Below, piece by piece: positions 9,981-18,837 of a stretch of DNA of 64,000 nt (positions are counted from its first letter, which is position 1; every line of letters starts with the position of its first letter). The stretch spans positions 97,513 through 161,512 of the forward strand of contig JAOAKI010000004.1 in assembly GCA_026413765.1 (NCBI GenBank), in the 5' to 3' direction. The position numbers and the translations under genes were made by a program. The notes beneath the pieces are model-generated. The model worked only from the letters and a program-made list of their open reading frames with translations. It searched no databases and was not told the origin of the DNA. The stretch is from Candidatus Micrarchaeota archaeon. GTDB taxonomy: Archaea; Micrarchaeota; Micrarchaeia; Anstonellales; Anstonellaceae.

Positions 9981-12538
9981 CCGCAGACACCACCTGAGCA
10001 GATGCCCGAGCAGCAATTTATATTAAGCTCGCAGGTAGCTCCTGTTGGAAGGCATGAGCAGGCTTGGATATCACAGATTCTTGAGCAGCATTCTTCGTTC
10101 TTTGTGCATGGCCCGCCTTGTCGCTGGCAATTTATGCAACGCCCGTTTCCTGGCGGGATGCACTGCAAATTATTGCAGCATTGGATATCACTTATGCATG
10201 TTGCGTTTTCTGCATAGCATGCCTGGCATATTCCGCCGATGCATGCTAGATTTGAGCAGCACTGAGCGCTTGATGTGCAGCTTCCGCCTTCTGCCCGGCA
10301 AGTGCTGCATACTCCGTTGGAACAATATGGGGCAGATGGGCAACATTCGCTATCTTGCGTGCAGCTTCCGCCTTGGCGGTTGCAGCATGCGCCATTTACG
10401 CAACTACCCGAGCAGCAATTTACATCTTTCTCACAGGGCGAAAGCACGGCATAGCAGCCGCACACCCCTCCAGCGCAAACTTCACTGCAGCAGTCATGAG
10501 GTCCGTCGTTGCATTCTTTGCCTAAACCCAGGCAAGCTTGGCAAATGCTCGGCCTGCCTCTGCAGAGTATTCCCGCCCCGCAACATTCTTGATCTGCCTG
10601 ACAATTTGTACCGGTATTGGGGCAAAGCGTGCATCTTTTTGCACCTTCCTGGCCCACGCATTTTAGAGTGCCGCAACATTCGCTGTCTTGCGTGCATGTC
10701 TGCCCTATATCGCGGCATACGCAGATTCCGCCTTCACAAATGCGTCCATCACAACAATCTCTATTGACTGTGCAATTCTTTCCAAGCCCGCTGCATGACC
10801 TGCATGTCCCAAATGGCGCGCCAATGCAATTTAGCCCAGGGCAGCACTTGTAGTCTGCATTGCACGGTGTACCTTCTTGATAGCATGGGCGGCAGCCACT
10901 GTCTATGCATACCAACCCAGAACAGCATACCTGCCCTGCGCAGTAGGTTCCTTGCGGCACGCATGCGCCGCATGTTCCAGTCCCATTTTCGTTCATAAAG
11001 CACGCAAGCCCGCTACAACAATCGCTGTTTGTTGTGCAGCTTTGTCCTGACGAGCGGCAGAAGCCGCATTGCCCCATTATGCAAAGCAATCCGCTTCCAG
11101 GGCAGCAATCCGAACTTTGCACGCAATTTCCTCCCTCCGCAACGCAACAGATGCCATTATTGCATGTTCCTCGGCAACAATCACTGCTGTTTTGGCATGC
11201 GCCCCCTATGCCTATGCATGCTTGGCATGTTCCGCCAATGCAAGTCAATCCTTGGCAGCAGTCTGAAGGAGAGTAGCAAGCTTGCCCATTTTGTCTGCAT
11301 TCTTCGCAAAGCTTTGGTCCAGATGCAGGCCCAACGCACACCAAATTCCCGCAGCACTGCGAAGTCTGCTGACATATCTGTCCATTTTCGATGCACGCCT
11401 GGCAATATCCCGCAGGAGTGCATATCAACGGACTGCAACAATCTGATTGGCTTCTGCATTCTTGGTTAATCTCTTTGCATGGCTGGCAAACAGCATCTAT
11501 ACAAAGCAACCCGCTGCAGCAGTCTGTCCCAACTTGGCAACTTTCGCCCTTATGGTGGCAAATTTGGCACACTCCGTCTACACAATTCAGTCCGCCGCAG
11601 CATTCCGATGCGTCTACGCAGCTTTCTCCTTCGCCTTGGCATTCAGAGCAGACACCTGTTGAAAGCATGCAAACAAGTGGCGGGTCTTGTCCCCCGCAGC
11701 AATCCTGGTTCAGGAGGCAACCGCCTTGATTTTGGCTAAGGCAGCACCTTCCTTCTGAACACGATCCAGAGCAACATTCATCATCTGTCATGCAGCTTGT
11801 TCCCAGCCCCTTGCATCCGCTGCATACGCCGCCAATGCATCGCAGGCTTCCGCAGCAATCCTCGCTCGTAGTGCAGGTTTGCGATTCATTGCCGCATATT
11901 GAGCAAATGCCATCAACACACCTGAGGTTTCCGCAGCACTCGTCGCTGCTTGTACACTCGCTTCCCATCCGCTGGCAGGTAATGTTTGCAAACGCACATT
12001 TCAACGCAAGCCTTTTTTCTCCCTCTTGGAACTTGCCGCTCACTCCTACCTTAGAATAATCGAACCTTACCTTTAATTTTACGATTTTGCCCGGCTCGCA
12101 CGGAGGCGAGTCAGAAAGCACAACCCCGATTATCTTTCTTTCTGAGGTGGCAAGGCGCAAAGAATTTGTCTCCGGCCCGCCATATTCACAAAATACGCCG
12201 CTTTGGTTTTCTATCGTTATGCCTGTGACAGTAATCGTATCTACATCGCTGTTTTCGATTGCAAGGATATAGCCTCCCTTGTCAGGCTGGGTGCAAATCA
12301 CACCAAAATAGGCAATTGCTTCATAAATTCTTATTGGTTTGGCTGGTCCTGTCCAATAAAGCCTCGAATCTGTAATTGCGGACTCATCAGAAGGGGAAAG
12401 GAAAGAATTTAGAAAAATCATTACAACTATTCCTATTATCAGGACCATACCAACAGTAAATAGATATTCAGGTGAGGCTTGCCCCTTTGCCTCTCTTTTC
12501 GCTTTTTGAATCATCGCAAAATGCTTCTTTTCTACCAT
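9977..12538 (-). CDS. Giant cysteine-rich tandem-repeat surface protein with an archaeal type IV prepilin-like (class III) signal peptide
   Basis: 853 aa. The N-terminus KAKREAK|GQASPEYLFTVGMVLIIGIVVMIF matches the [KR]-G-Q cleavage motif plus hydrophobic helix of archaeal pilins. A globular region of about 140 aa follows. Then come about 24 tandem modules of 25-28 aa, each with six Cys in the pattern G-x2-C-x5-6-CC-x-G-L-x-C-x3-5-C-x2-C. Confidence 0.85.
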   Translation of the reverse strand: MVEKKHFAMIQKAKREAKGQASPEYLFTVGMVLIIGIVVMIFLNSFLSPSDESAITDSRLYWTGPAKPIRIYEAIAYFGVICTQPDKGGYILAIENSDVDTITVTGITIENQSGVFCEYGGPETNSLRLATSERKIIGVVLSDSPPCEPGKIVKLKVRFDYSKVGVSGKFQEGEKRLALKCAFANITCQRMGSECTSSDECCGNLRCVDGICSICGNESQTCTTSEDCCGSLRCIGGVCSGCKGLGTSCMTDDECCSGSCSEGRCCLSQNQGGCLLNQDCCGGQDPPLVCMLSTGVCSECQGEGESCVDASECCGGLNCVDGVCQICHHKGESCQVGTDCCSGLLCIDAVCQPCKEINQECRSQSDCCSPLICTPAGYCQACIENGQICQQTSQCCGNLVCVGPASGPKLCEECRQNGQACYSPSDCCQGLTCIGGTCQACIGIGGACQNSSDCCRGTCNNGICCVAEGGNCVQSSDCCPGSGLLCIMGQCGFCRSSGQSCTTNSDCCSGLACFMNENGTGTCGACVPQGTYCAGQVCCSGLVCIDSGCRPCYQEGTPCNADYKCCPGLNCIGAPFGTCRSCSGLGKNCTVNRDCCDGRICEGGICVCRDIGQTCTQDSECCGTLKCVGQEGAKRCTLCPNTGTNCQADQECCGAGILCRGRPSICQACLGLGKECNDGPHDCCSEVCAGGVCGCYAVLSPCEKDVNCCSGSCVNGACCNRQGGSCTQDSECCPSAPYCSNGVCSTCRAEGGSCTSSAQCCSNLACIGGICQACYAENATCISDIQCCNNLQCIPPGNGRCINCQRQGGPCTKNEECCSRICDIQACSCLPTGATCELNINCCSGICSGGVCG
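9980..11980 (-). repeat. Intragenic tandem array of about 24 cysteine-knot-like modules of roughly 75-84 nt each. It is degenerate at the DNA level and conserved at the protein level.
   Basis: Recurrent xDCCxGLxCxxGxCxxC peptide units. Strong codon-periodic composition (TGC, TGT, GGN) that leaves long spurious ORFs open on both strands. Confidence 0.8.
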
Positions 12539-12581
12539 TTTTATTCTTTTCTATTTTTAGCTTGTCTGCGAAATTTGCTTT

Positions 12582-13349
12582 TCAAAGATTTACTTTCATC
12601 CCGTCTTCCGCAGCAAGCGTCTCAACACCTGTTTGGCGTTCTATTTTTTTTGCTTCTTTGTCTGGACCTGCCTTGAGCATGCTCATTCCAAGATGCGTTA
12701 TTATTGCCTTTTTCGGGCGGGCTTCGTCCAGCAGCTTGCATGCCGCTTGCGTGTCCAGGTGGCCAGGTATCAAATCGTCTTTTGGCTTGAGACAATTTAT
12801 TATAAGCAAATCGGATTTTTCATATTGTTTTCCAATCCCAGCAAAGTATTCTGTGTCAGATGTGTATCCGATTTTTTTGCCATCAATTTCTATAACAAAG
12901 CCAAAACCGGTTGCATCTTCATGCTTGACTCTTGTAGCAAAAAAAGAGAATATTTTCCCTTTTATTTTTTGGCAGAGGCTTTCGGCCGGAGCAACCACCC
13001 AATATTTTTCAAGCATGTTGAGATGGTAATTAGAAACACCACGATCTCCTTTCTCATCACCAAAAATTACGCTTCTTGAGCCTATCAGATGCCCATTTTT
13101 TTTGCCAAACTTCGCAAATGCTTCAATAAGAAGATTAGCATCATTTGTGTGATCTATATGATTATGCGTAATGACTATCGCATCAATTGTCTTTGGGTCT
13201 TGGCGGTATTCAAGCGATGAGAAGAGCGCACCTGGCCCAGGGTCTACATGAAAATTTAAAGAGGCATTCAGCCTCCAGCCACCTGTTTTTCTTATCTGCC
13301 TTACCATGTTGTATCTGCCGCCTCCAGTGCCTAGAAAAACAATTTCCAT
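12582..13349 (-). CDS. MBL-fold metallo-hydrolase (metallo-beta-lactamase superfamily)
   Basis: Glycine-rich N-terminus MEIVFLGTGGG and the HxHxDH motif ITHNHIDH. The internal ATG at 13349 is preferred over the track start at 13400. It overlaps the upstream gene end by 19 nt. Confidence 0.8.
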   Translation of the reverse strand: MEIVFLGTGGGRYNMVRQIRKTGGWRLNASLNFHVDPGPGALFSSLEYRQDPKTIDAIVITHNHIDHTNDANLLIEAFAKFGKKNGHLIGSRSVIFGDEKGDRGVSNYHLNMLEKYWVVAPAESLCQKIKGKIFSFFATRVKHEDATGFGFVIEIDGKKIGYTSDTEYFAGIGKQYEKSDLLIINCLKPKDDLIPGHLDTQAACKLLDEARPKKAIITHLGMSMLKAGPDKEAKKIERQTGVETLAAEDGMKVNL

Positions 13350-15454
13350 TGCAACCCTCCGCCAAATGCTGCAACCAAAATGATAATTAATGGCATGCAT
13401 ATGCTGCCATCTTTTTTTGGCGATCCGCCAATATCCAACGTTTGATTGATCTCATACCAACTTCCGACTTCATCTTGCCATCCAATCCACACTTTGTGCT
13501 TGCCTTCCTGCAACACAAAATTGATTTCATCTTCCTCTCCTATTGCTGTTGTCTCACCATCATCTATCCTTATGGTTAGATTTTTTGGCATATTTTGTCT
13601 TTCAGTTTTTATTTTCACTTCATATGTGCCTTCACTTATTTTCGTGATCGAAGTGTCAGCCACTTTGACAGTTGGCTGTTTTTTTACGTTTATGAATTTG
13701 TGGTAGGATGTGCTTGTGGTTGCGCCTTTTACTGCCAGGCTTATTGGCTCTTGCAAGCCAAATTCTGGCAAAACCGATATTGTTATCTGAACAGGCTTTT
13801 CAATCTTCATTTCATACGCGCTTTTTTGGCTCCCATAGGCAAATGCTATAGTGACTGTTTGGGGATATTCTTTTGCAGAAATGGCAAATGTTAGGTTTGC
13901 CTGTCTGCCTTCAACATAGGCAGCAGGAAGCGAAATCTCCTCTATTTTCAATCCTTCTTCTTCCACCGACGCATTTGATATTTCGTATTCAAGCCATTGC
14001 AAGTCTCCGTTAGCATATGCAAGCAAGATTTTTTGCTTGCCTTGGCTTTTGCCGCTGTAAAAGTCATAATATGGAGTTTCGAGCATGTCTATCTTGCTGA
14101 TCTGATTTCCAATGAAGACATAAGCACTTCCATTTTTGCCGCTGGCTTCCTGTTGGAATATTATTGTATTTTTTTCTCCTATTTTTACTTTATCTTTGTA
14201 CAGCCTTGCATTAGGTGTACCTTGCCTTTCTGCCCGCGGATCAACTCTTACGCTTATGCTTCTCTTTTCCAAATATGGTGAATTCAAAGTCAATGGGCAG
14301 CTGTATTGGTAGCTTGGCGATATATTTGCTGGGACTTTGACAATCCAGCTGGCCACTGTGCTTACATTTGGCCTTAAAATAAGATGTTTAGTTGGCGTTT
14401 CCACTTCAAACGCACCCAAACCGACACACGTTGACAAGGTCACCGGAATGACAGCATACTCTTTGCCTTCGATTTCAAGAAATGCTGCGGTGGCAGATTT
14501 TGGAGGCAGTCGTTTTGCTGCAATATCAAAACTGTAGTCTTTTTTCGGTTCATCTTGTTTAAAGTCAAGAAGAACAATATTGCTTGCCATTGGTCCGCTC
14601 TTACCGCTTGTCTCCCATTCAATTCGCGCATTTTTTGGGAAATAATTTGCGACAAGGAGATTGGTTTCTTCTATCTCAAAAAATTTGCCTAATTCAACAT
14701 GCAGTGCGTCAAGTCTTCCAACTTCAAGCCAAGTTGGATCCACTGGCATCCATTTGCCGAGATAGACTTCGTTCCATGCATGTCCTTGCCATGTGCCATA
14801 TTTTTCACTAAAAACGTAGCCAGTAACGTATCTGGTCGGAAATCCTGCTGCCCTTGACAATGCAGCAAAAAGAGTAGCATATTCAAAGCAGACGCCCTCC
14901 TTTGTCTCCAAAATACTGATCGCATCTTTCTTTTCTCCAACGTATTGCTCATTGTATTTGACATTGTTGTGCACCCAAATCGCTATCTTTGCAACCTTTT
15001 CAAAATCATCTACAGAGCCTTCCACAATTTTGTCTGCAAGTGCCCTTATTTTTGGGTGGTCGCTTTGCGTTCGATTCGTTGCCTGAAGGTATCTGGCCTC
15101 ATTGTCTGCAAGTTGGCCGCCTCCAATGTCCTGCGTCATCCTTTTTGTTGTGTTTAGATGGATTGCAAATGAATAATGGAAAGGATTTTTTGGTTTTTTT
15201 GCTCCAATCTGGACGTATCTATTCCCCTCTTTCTCAAATGTTTTTTGAGCATCTACTTTTGCGCTTTGGTATTCAGTGGAGGCCGGGACTTGAATTTGTA
15301 GTGACAAGTCTTCTATAGCTCCTCCATGCACAATTACGCTGCCGCTTTCATTTATCAGCACCGTTGCTGAAGTTATGAGCTGGGGAATAAATTGTCCATC
15401 CGCAAAAATAATAGATAGAGTAAGAAGCATCGGAATAATGTTAATGATTCGCAT
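13331..15454 (-). CDS. Secreted or membrane-anchored transglutaminase-like (papain-fold cysteine protease-like) protein
   Basis: 707 aa. N-terminal signal peptide MRIINIIPMLLTLSIIFA. Transglutaminase-core Cys/His/Asp motifs GVCFEYATLFAALSRAAGFPTRYVTGY, GHAWNEVYL and PVDPTW. C-terminal TM anchor PLIIILVAAFGGGL. Confidence 0.78.
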   Translation of the reverse strand: MRIINIIPMLLTLSIIFADGQFIPQLITSATVLINESGSVIVHGGAIEDLSLQIQVPASTEYQSAKVDAQKTFEKEGNRYVQIGAKKPKNPFHYSFAIHLNTTKRMTQDIGGGQLADNEARYLQATNRTQSDHPKIRALADKIVEGSVDDFEKVAKIAIWVHNNVKYNEQYVGEKKDAISILETKEGVCFEYATLFAALSRAAGFPTRYVTGYVFSEKYGTWQGHAWNEVYLGKWMPVDPTWLEVGRLDALHVELGKFFEIEETNLLVANYFPKNARIEWETSGKSGPMASNIVLLDFKQDEPKKDYSFDIAAKRLPPKSATAAFLEIEGKEYAVIPVTLSTCVGLGAFEVETPTKHLILRPNVSTVASWIVKVPANISPSYQYSCPLTLNSPYLEKRSISVRVDPRAERQGTPNARLYKDKVKIGEKNTIIFQQEASGKNGSAYVFIGNQISKIDMLETPYYDFYSGKSQGKQKILLAYANGDLQWLEYEISNASVEEEGLKIEEISLPAAYVEGRQANLTFAISAKEYPQTVTIAFAYGSQKSAYEMKIEKPVQITISVLPEFGLQEPISLAVKGATTSTSYHKFINVKKQPTVKVADTSITKISEGTYEVKIKTERQNMPKNLTIRIDDGETTAIGEEDEINFVLQEGKHKVWIGWQDEVGSWYEINQTLDIGGSPKKDGSICMPLIIILVAAFGGGLQWKLFF

Positions 15455-15487
15455 AACTTTCTTTCTCTTATTTCTTATTAATAGTTG

Positions 15488-16594
15488 CTATGCAAGAAAT
15501 TTTTTCTTGCTTATCTTTTCTCTTAAGTATTCGCCCACAAAGCTTAGTCTTGGCCCTTGCAAAGCATCCTGCTCAAGCTTTTTCTTTGTTTTCAGTACGG
15601 TCTTTAATTCATCAACCCAATCTTTGTAATTTTTTATCCACTCGTATGAAAGCATTTCTTCAGCTCTTTTTAAATCGACTTCTTTTGCCTTGATAGTCAG
15701 CTGCTCAAGGAAGTCATAATCTTCTATGTCCTTCATTGTCACGCCAACAAATTTTGCCTCTGGTGTTGCTATGTCACTCCCAAGATAAGCAAGGTTCATG
15801 CTTCCAGTTTTTATCGCCCAATATATATACCAGCCCCACGCATCGCAATCAGTGAAGCAATAAATGGGCAATCTTTTGTTTGCAAGTTTTCTTATCAGTC
15901 TCCTGCAGCCTCTGCTAGCCTGCCCCTTGGGGGTTATCAGAATGCAATTTTCTTTTTTCCAAAATTTGTCTTCATTTAGCCTCTGCCACATCGCATCCTT
16001 TTCCACCACCAGCACGTAATCTGCATCAATTTCCAAAAATTCCATTCCGTTGTCTACATCAGAGGGGATCATCCAGCCGCTTCTTCCTTGTTTCGTGCAA
16101 TCAATAATATCCTCTTCCCCGCCAAATTTGTCCTTAATTACCAAAGGACCTGCGACAACTCCTTTCCGGTCGGTATTCAAGTTCAAATCCTCTCTTTTCA
16201 CGTTTAATGCCACTTCCAAGTCTTCAACCAGAGGGTTACTTTCGCTCTGCTCTGAAAAAAGCTCTTCATCCAAGTCTTCTCCAAGCGAAAATTTCAGTTG
16301 GTAATACAGCCCTCTTATTGATGTATGTGCATTTTCGGTGAGAAATTTCTTGCATTTTGCGGCAATCGCAACTGTCTGCATGAATTTTCTTGCTTGCCCA
16401 ACATTGATGAATTTTCGTTCCTCCTTTTTGTCCCCAAGCCGCAGATAACCAACGCTTTCATCGTATAATATGTTGCCTTTGCTTCTAAGTGTTGTTGTAA
16501 AGGTCGGCGTGCTTTGCGCATTTATCTCAGATATCATCTTTCTGCCGAGGTCTTCCAGTTTTTTTATGACTTCTGCGCTTTTTTCATTTTTCAT
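15488..16594 (-). CDS. top6A: DNA topoisomerase VI subunit A (Spo11 homolog)
   Basis: Winged-helix region GLYYQLKF with the catalytic Tyr region, plus a Toprim domain (LVVEKDAMWQRL, CFTDCDAWG). The track ORF has a K/R-rich TTG-initiated extension that overlaps the top6B acidic tail. The ATG at 16594 sits 11 nt after the top6B stop. Confidence 0.9.
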   Translation of the reverse strand: MKNEKSAEVIKKLEDLGRKMISEINAQSTPTFTTTLRSKGNILYDESVGYLRLGDKKEERKFINVGQARKFMQTVAIAAKCKKFLTENAHTSIRGLYYQLKFSLGEDLDEELFSEQSESNPLVEDLEVALNVKREDLNLNTDRKGVVAGPLVIKDKFGGEEDIIDCTKQGRSGWMIPSDVDNGMEFLEIDADYVLVVEKDAMWQRLNEDKFWKKENCILITPKGQASRGCRRLIRKLANKRLPIYCFTDCDAWGWYIYWAIKTGSMNLAYLGSDIATPEAKFVGVTMKDIEDYDFLEQLTIKAKEVDLKRAEEMLSYEWIKNYKDWVDELKTVLKTKKKLEQDALQGPRLSFVGEYLREKISKKKFLA

Positions 16595-16604
16595 TTTCCC
16601 ACCG

Positions 16605-18239
16605 TCATTCTTCAATTTCCTCTTCTTTAACCTCTTCCTCTGCAGGAGCCTCTTCATCCTCTTGCTCTTCAATCTGCGTCGAATATTTTGTTTCGATTAG
16701 TTGAATCAATTTTTTCTCTATTTCTTCTGGCTTTTCTTTCCCTGCAAGATCAGCCAGGTCTTTTGAAAGCTGTGAGACATACCTTAATATTGCCTTCTTT
16801 CTTGCTCCCCTCTCCTTTTCGCGATTCAAGCCAGCAATATATCTTTGCAAGTCGCGTGCCGCCTCCATCATAGCATTTTTTATTTCCTGGAATATTTCTT
16901 CTTCTCCGCTTATTGCTTGTTTCCCTGCTGATGTGTATGGGACATAAACAGACGAAATGTTGACAAAGATTGTCAGTGGCTCTTCCTCAAAATTTTTCAG
17001 CCCATATCTTTTCCAATCTATGCTTTTTGCAGCTTCGGTTATTGCGCATCCAGCATTGTCAAATAGCAGCGGTGCCCTATTTGCGTATCTGATTATCTCA
17101 CTTTGCGATCCGTTTTCTGTGGCGTTCTTTTTGCCTGCCCCTCCACCATATGCAAGGCCGACCTCCACCATGAAAGGTATCCCACCCTTGTATATTTTTG
17201 GAGGTCTTTCGACTACTACTAGGTATTGCGGGGCAAGTATGTTTGCCAAAGATTTTTCGATGTGCTCTTTTCCTATCGGCCTCAAAGAGTCGGTCGCAGG
17301 CGCTATCCATTTTATTTTCGGGTCATGTATTGCCTTGACTATTTTTTCAGCCTCGCTCCATGTGAGCTCAGATGGCTTTTTGTTGAAATCAACATCTGGA
17401 AGAAGCTGTTTCAATTCGTCAATTTTTGACGGAGACACTCTTGCGAACCTCTCTTGCAAAAAAGATGAAATGCGGATGCATTCTTTTTCACGGTGCGCAA
17501 AGTCGATCAAGTCGTTCGTTGTTATGCCAAGAGGGTGGGGTTTGACTGTTATTGGCTTTGGCGGTATATGCTCGGAAGAGCGAGGAAACACGAATTTCTG
17601 GTTTAGAGGGTCAACAAGCTCAATATGCAGATGCGGATTTGCTATCGCTGTCCGCCTTACATACTCATAAACTCCAAAAGAAGACATGTCGTATTTTACA
17701 TCTGCGACTTCAGCTTCTACTTTCAAGCCATGTCCAAAATTCCCTTCTGCTTTTACTAAATTCATCACTTTCGGGGCATTTGATTTCAGATCGATAGCAA
17801 TCTCGCAATTTATTTTTTTGTTGTCATATCTGCTTTCGACCTTTATTGGCTTGCCAGTGGTTATCTGCGCATACATTGTGCAGCCTGATGCGCCTATTCC
17901 TTGCTGCCCTCTTTGCTGTGCATAGCGGTGGAACTTCGTTCCAGCCAACATTTGGCCTAGCGCTTTGCCTATATGCTTTTCAGGTATGCCAGGCCCATTG
18001 TCCTCCACAATCACTAGATATCTGCCTGATTCTCTGTCTACTTCTTTGATGACAACTTTAATCTCTGGCAGTATGCCTGCCTCTTCGCAAGCATCAAGGG
18101 AGTTGGTGATGTATTCATGGACAATAGTAGTGAGCGACCTTGTTTTTCCAGAGAAGCCAAGCATCTGCTGGTTTTTTTTGAAAAACTCAGCTACTGAATG
18201 CTCTTTAAATTCTGCAAAAATATTCTCTGTGATGCTCAT
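16605..18239 (-). CDS. top6B: DNA topoisomerase VI subunit B (GHKL ATPase)
   Basis: Bergerat-fold motifs (EYITNSLDA, IVEDNGPGI, GxxGxG-like QQGIGASG), a transducer domain and an acidic C-terminal tail. Confidence 0.92.
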   Translation of the reverse strand: MSITENIFAEFKEHSVAEFFKKNQQMLGFSGKTRSLTTIVHEYITNSLDACEEAGILPEIKVVIKEVDRESGRYLVIVEDNGPGIPEKHIGKALGQMLAGTKFHRYAQQRGQQGIGASGCTMYAQITTGKPIKVESRYDNKKINCEIAIDLKSNAPKVMNLVKAEGNFGHGLKVEAEVADVKYDMSSFGVYEYVRRTAIANPHLHIELVDPLNQKFVFPRSSEHIPPKPITVKPHPLGITTNDLIDFAHREKECIRISSFLQERFARVSPSKIDELKQLLPDVDFNKKPSELTWSEAEKIVKAIHDPKIKWIAPATDSLRPIGKEHIEKSLANILAPQYLVVVERPPKIYKGGIPFMVEVGLAYGGGAGKKNATENGSQSEIIRYANRAPLLFDNAGCAITEAAKSIDWKRYGLKNFEEEPLTIFVNISSVYVPYTSAGKQAISGEEEIFQEIKNAMMEAARDLQRYIAGLNREKERGARKKAILRYVSQLSKDLADLAGKEKPEEIEKKLIQLIETKYSTQIEEQEDEEAPAEEEVKEEEIEE

Positions 18240-18300
18240 ATCATCACTGCCACTGGTCGCATTATTACAACAGCCGATTCATTTAAAATCAATTGCTCTT

Positions 18301-18828
18301 TCAGAACATGTTCCTAATTTCATCTTCTTTTATTTTTCTCCTGCATTTTTCAAGATATGCATAAACAGAAGAGTGGGGGGCCCCATCGATAATCCTGAAA
18401 ATAGCCTCAGTAGCATAATCAAGTGTTTCTAGTTTTGAAATAACCGACACAGTATGGCCAAACACAACAACGTTTGCGCCAACTTCCTCAAATATTATCT
18501 CTTTTGTCCTTCCTTTTTGGCCTATGATTCTGCCCTTTATCCTCACGAGCGCTTTTTCATTTTTAGCATAATCCCTCAAATTGATTATTCTTAACCCATA
18601 TTCGTCTGACAACAGCTTCAGCGCAAGTGCAGGCTCAAAGCCCCTCCCAATTGCCTTCACAATGTCTTTTGCGATGTATTCGTCTACAGGTTCGCCCTTT
18701 ATTAAGACGCCACCGTCGCTATCGATAATCAGTTTGACATTCATTCTCCTCTCCAAATAATCTTTTGTTTGTCCTGTTTCGCCAACCAAAATCTTTATCC
18801 TCTCGTTGGGTATCCTTACTATCTGCAT
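18301..18828 (-). CDS. KH-domain RNA-binding protein (archaeal Krr1/Dim2-like with two KH modules)
   Basis: GETGQTKDYLERRMNV and IGQKGRTKEIIFEEVGANVV are KH GxxG loops. Length is 175 aa. Confidence 0.78.
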   Translation of the reverse strand: MQIVRIPNERIKILVGETGQTKDYLERRMNVKLIIDSDGGVLIKGEPVDEYIAKDIVKAIGRGFEPALALKLLSDEYGLRIINLRDYAKNEKALVRIKGRIIGQKGRTKEIIFEEVGANVVVFGHTVSVISKLETLDYATEAIFRIIDGAPHSSVYAYLEKCRRKIKEDEIRNMF

Positions 18829-18837
18829 AATACCACT

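Noticed and set aside
10002-12272. Many long ORFs (up to 240 aa) on the plus strand and in other frames across the Cys-repeat gene. Examples are 10045-10767, 11029-11469 and 11391-11729.
   Set aside because: They are by-products of the strongly periodic TGC/TGT/GGN composition of the 853-aa minus-strand gene. Their translations are low-complexity (Q/H/L/P-rich), lack starts with RBS, and none is independent of the real frame.
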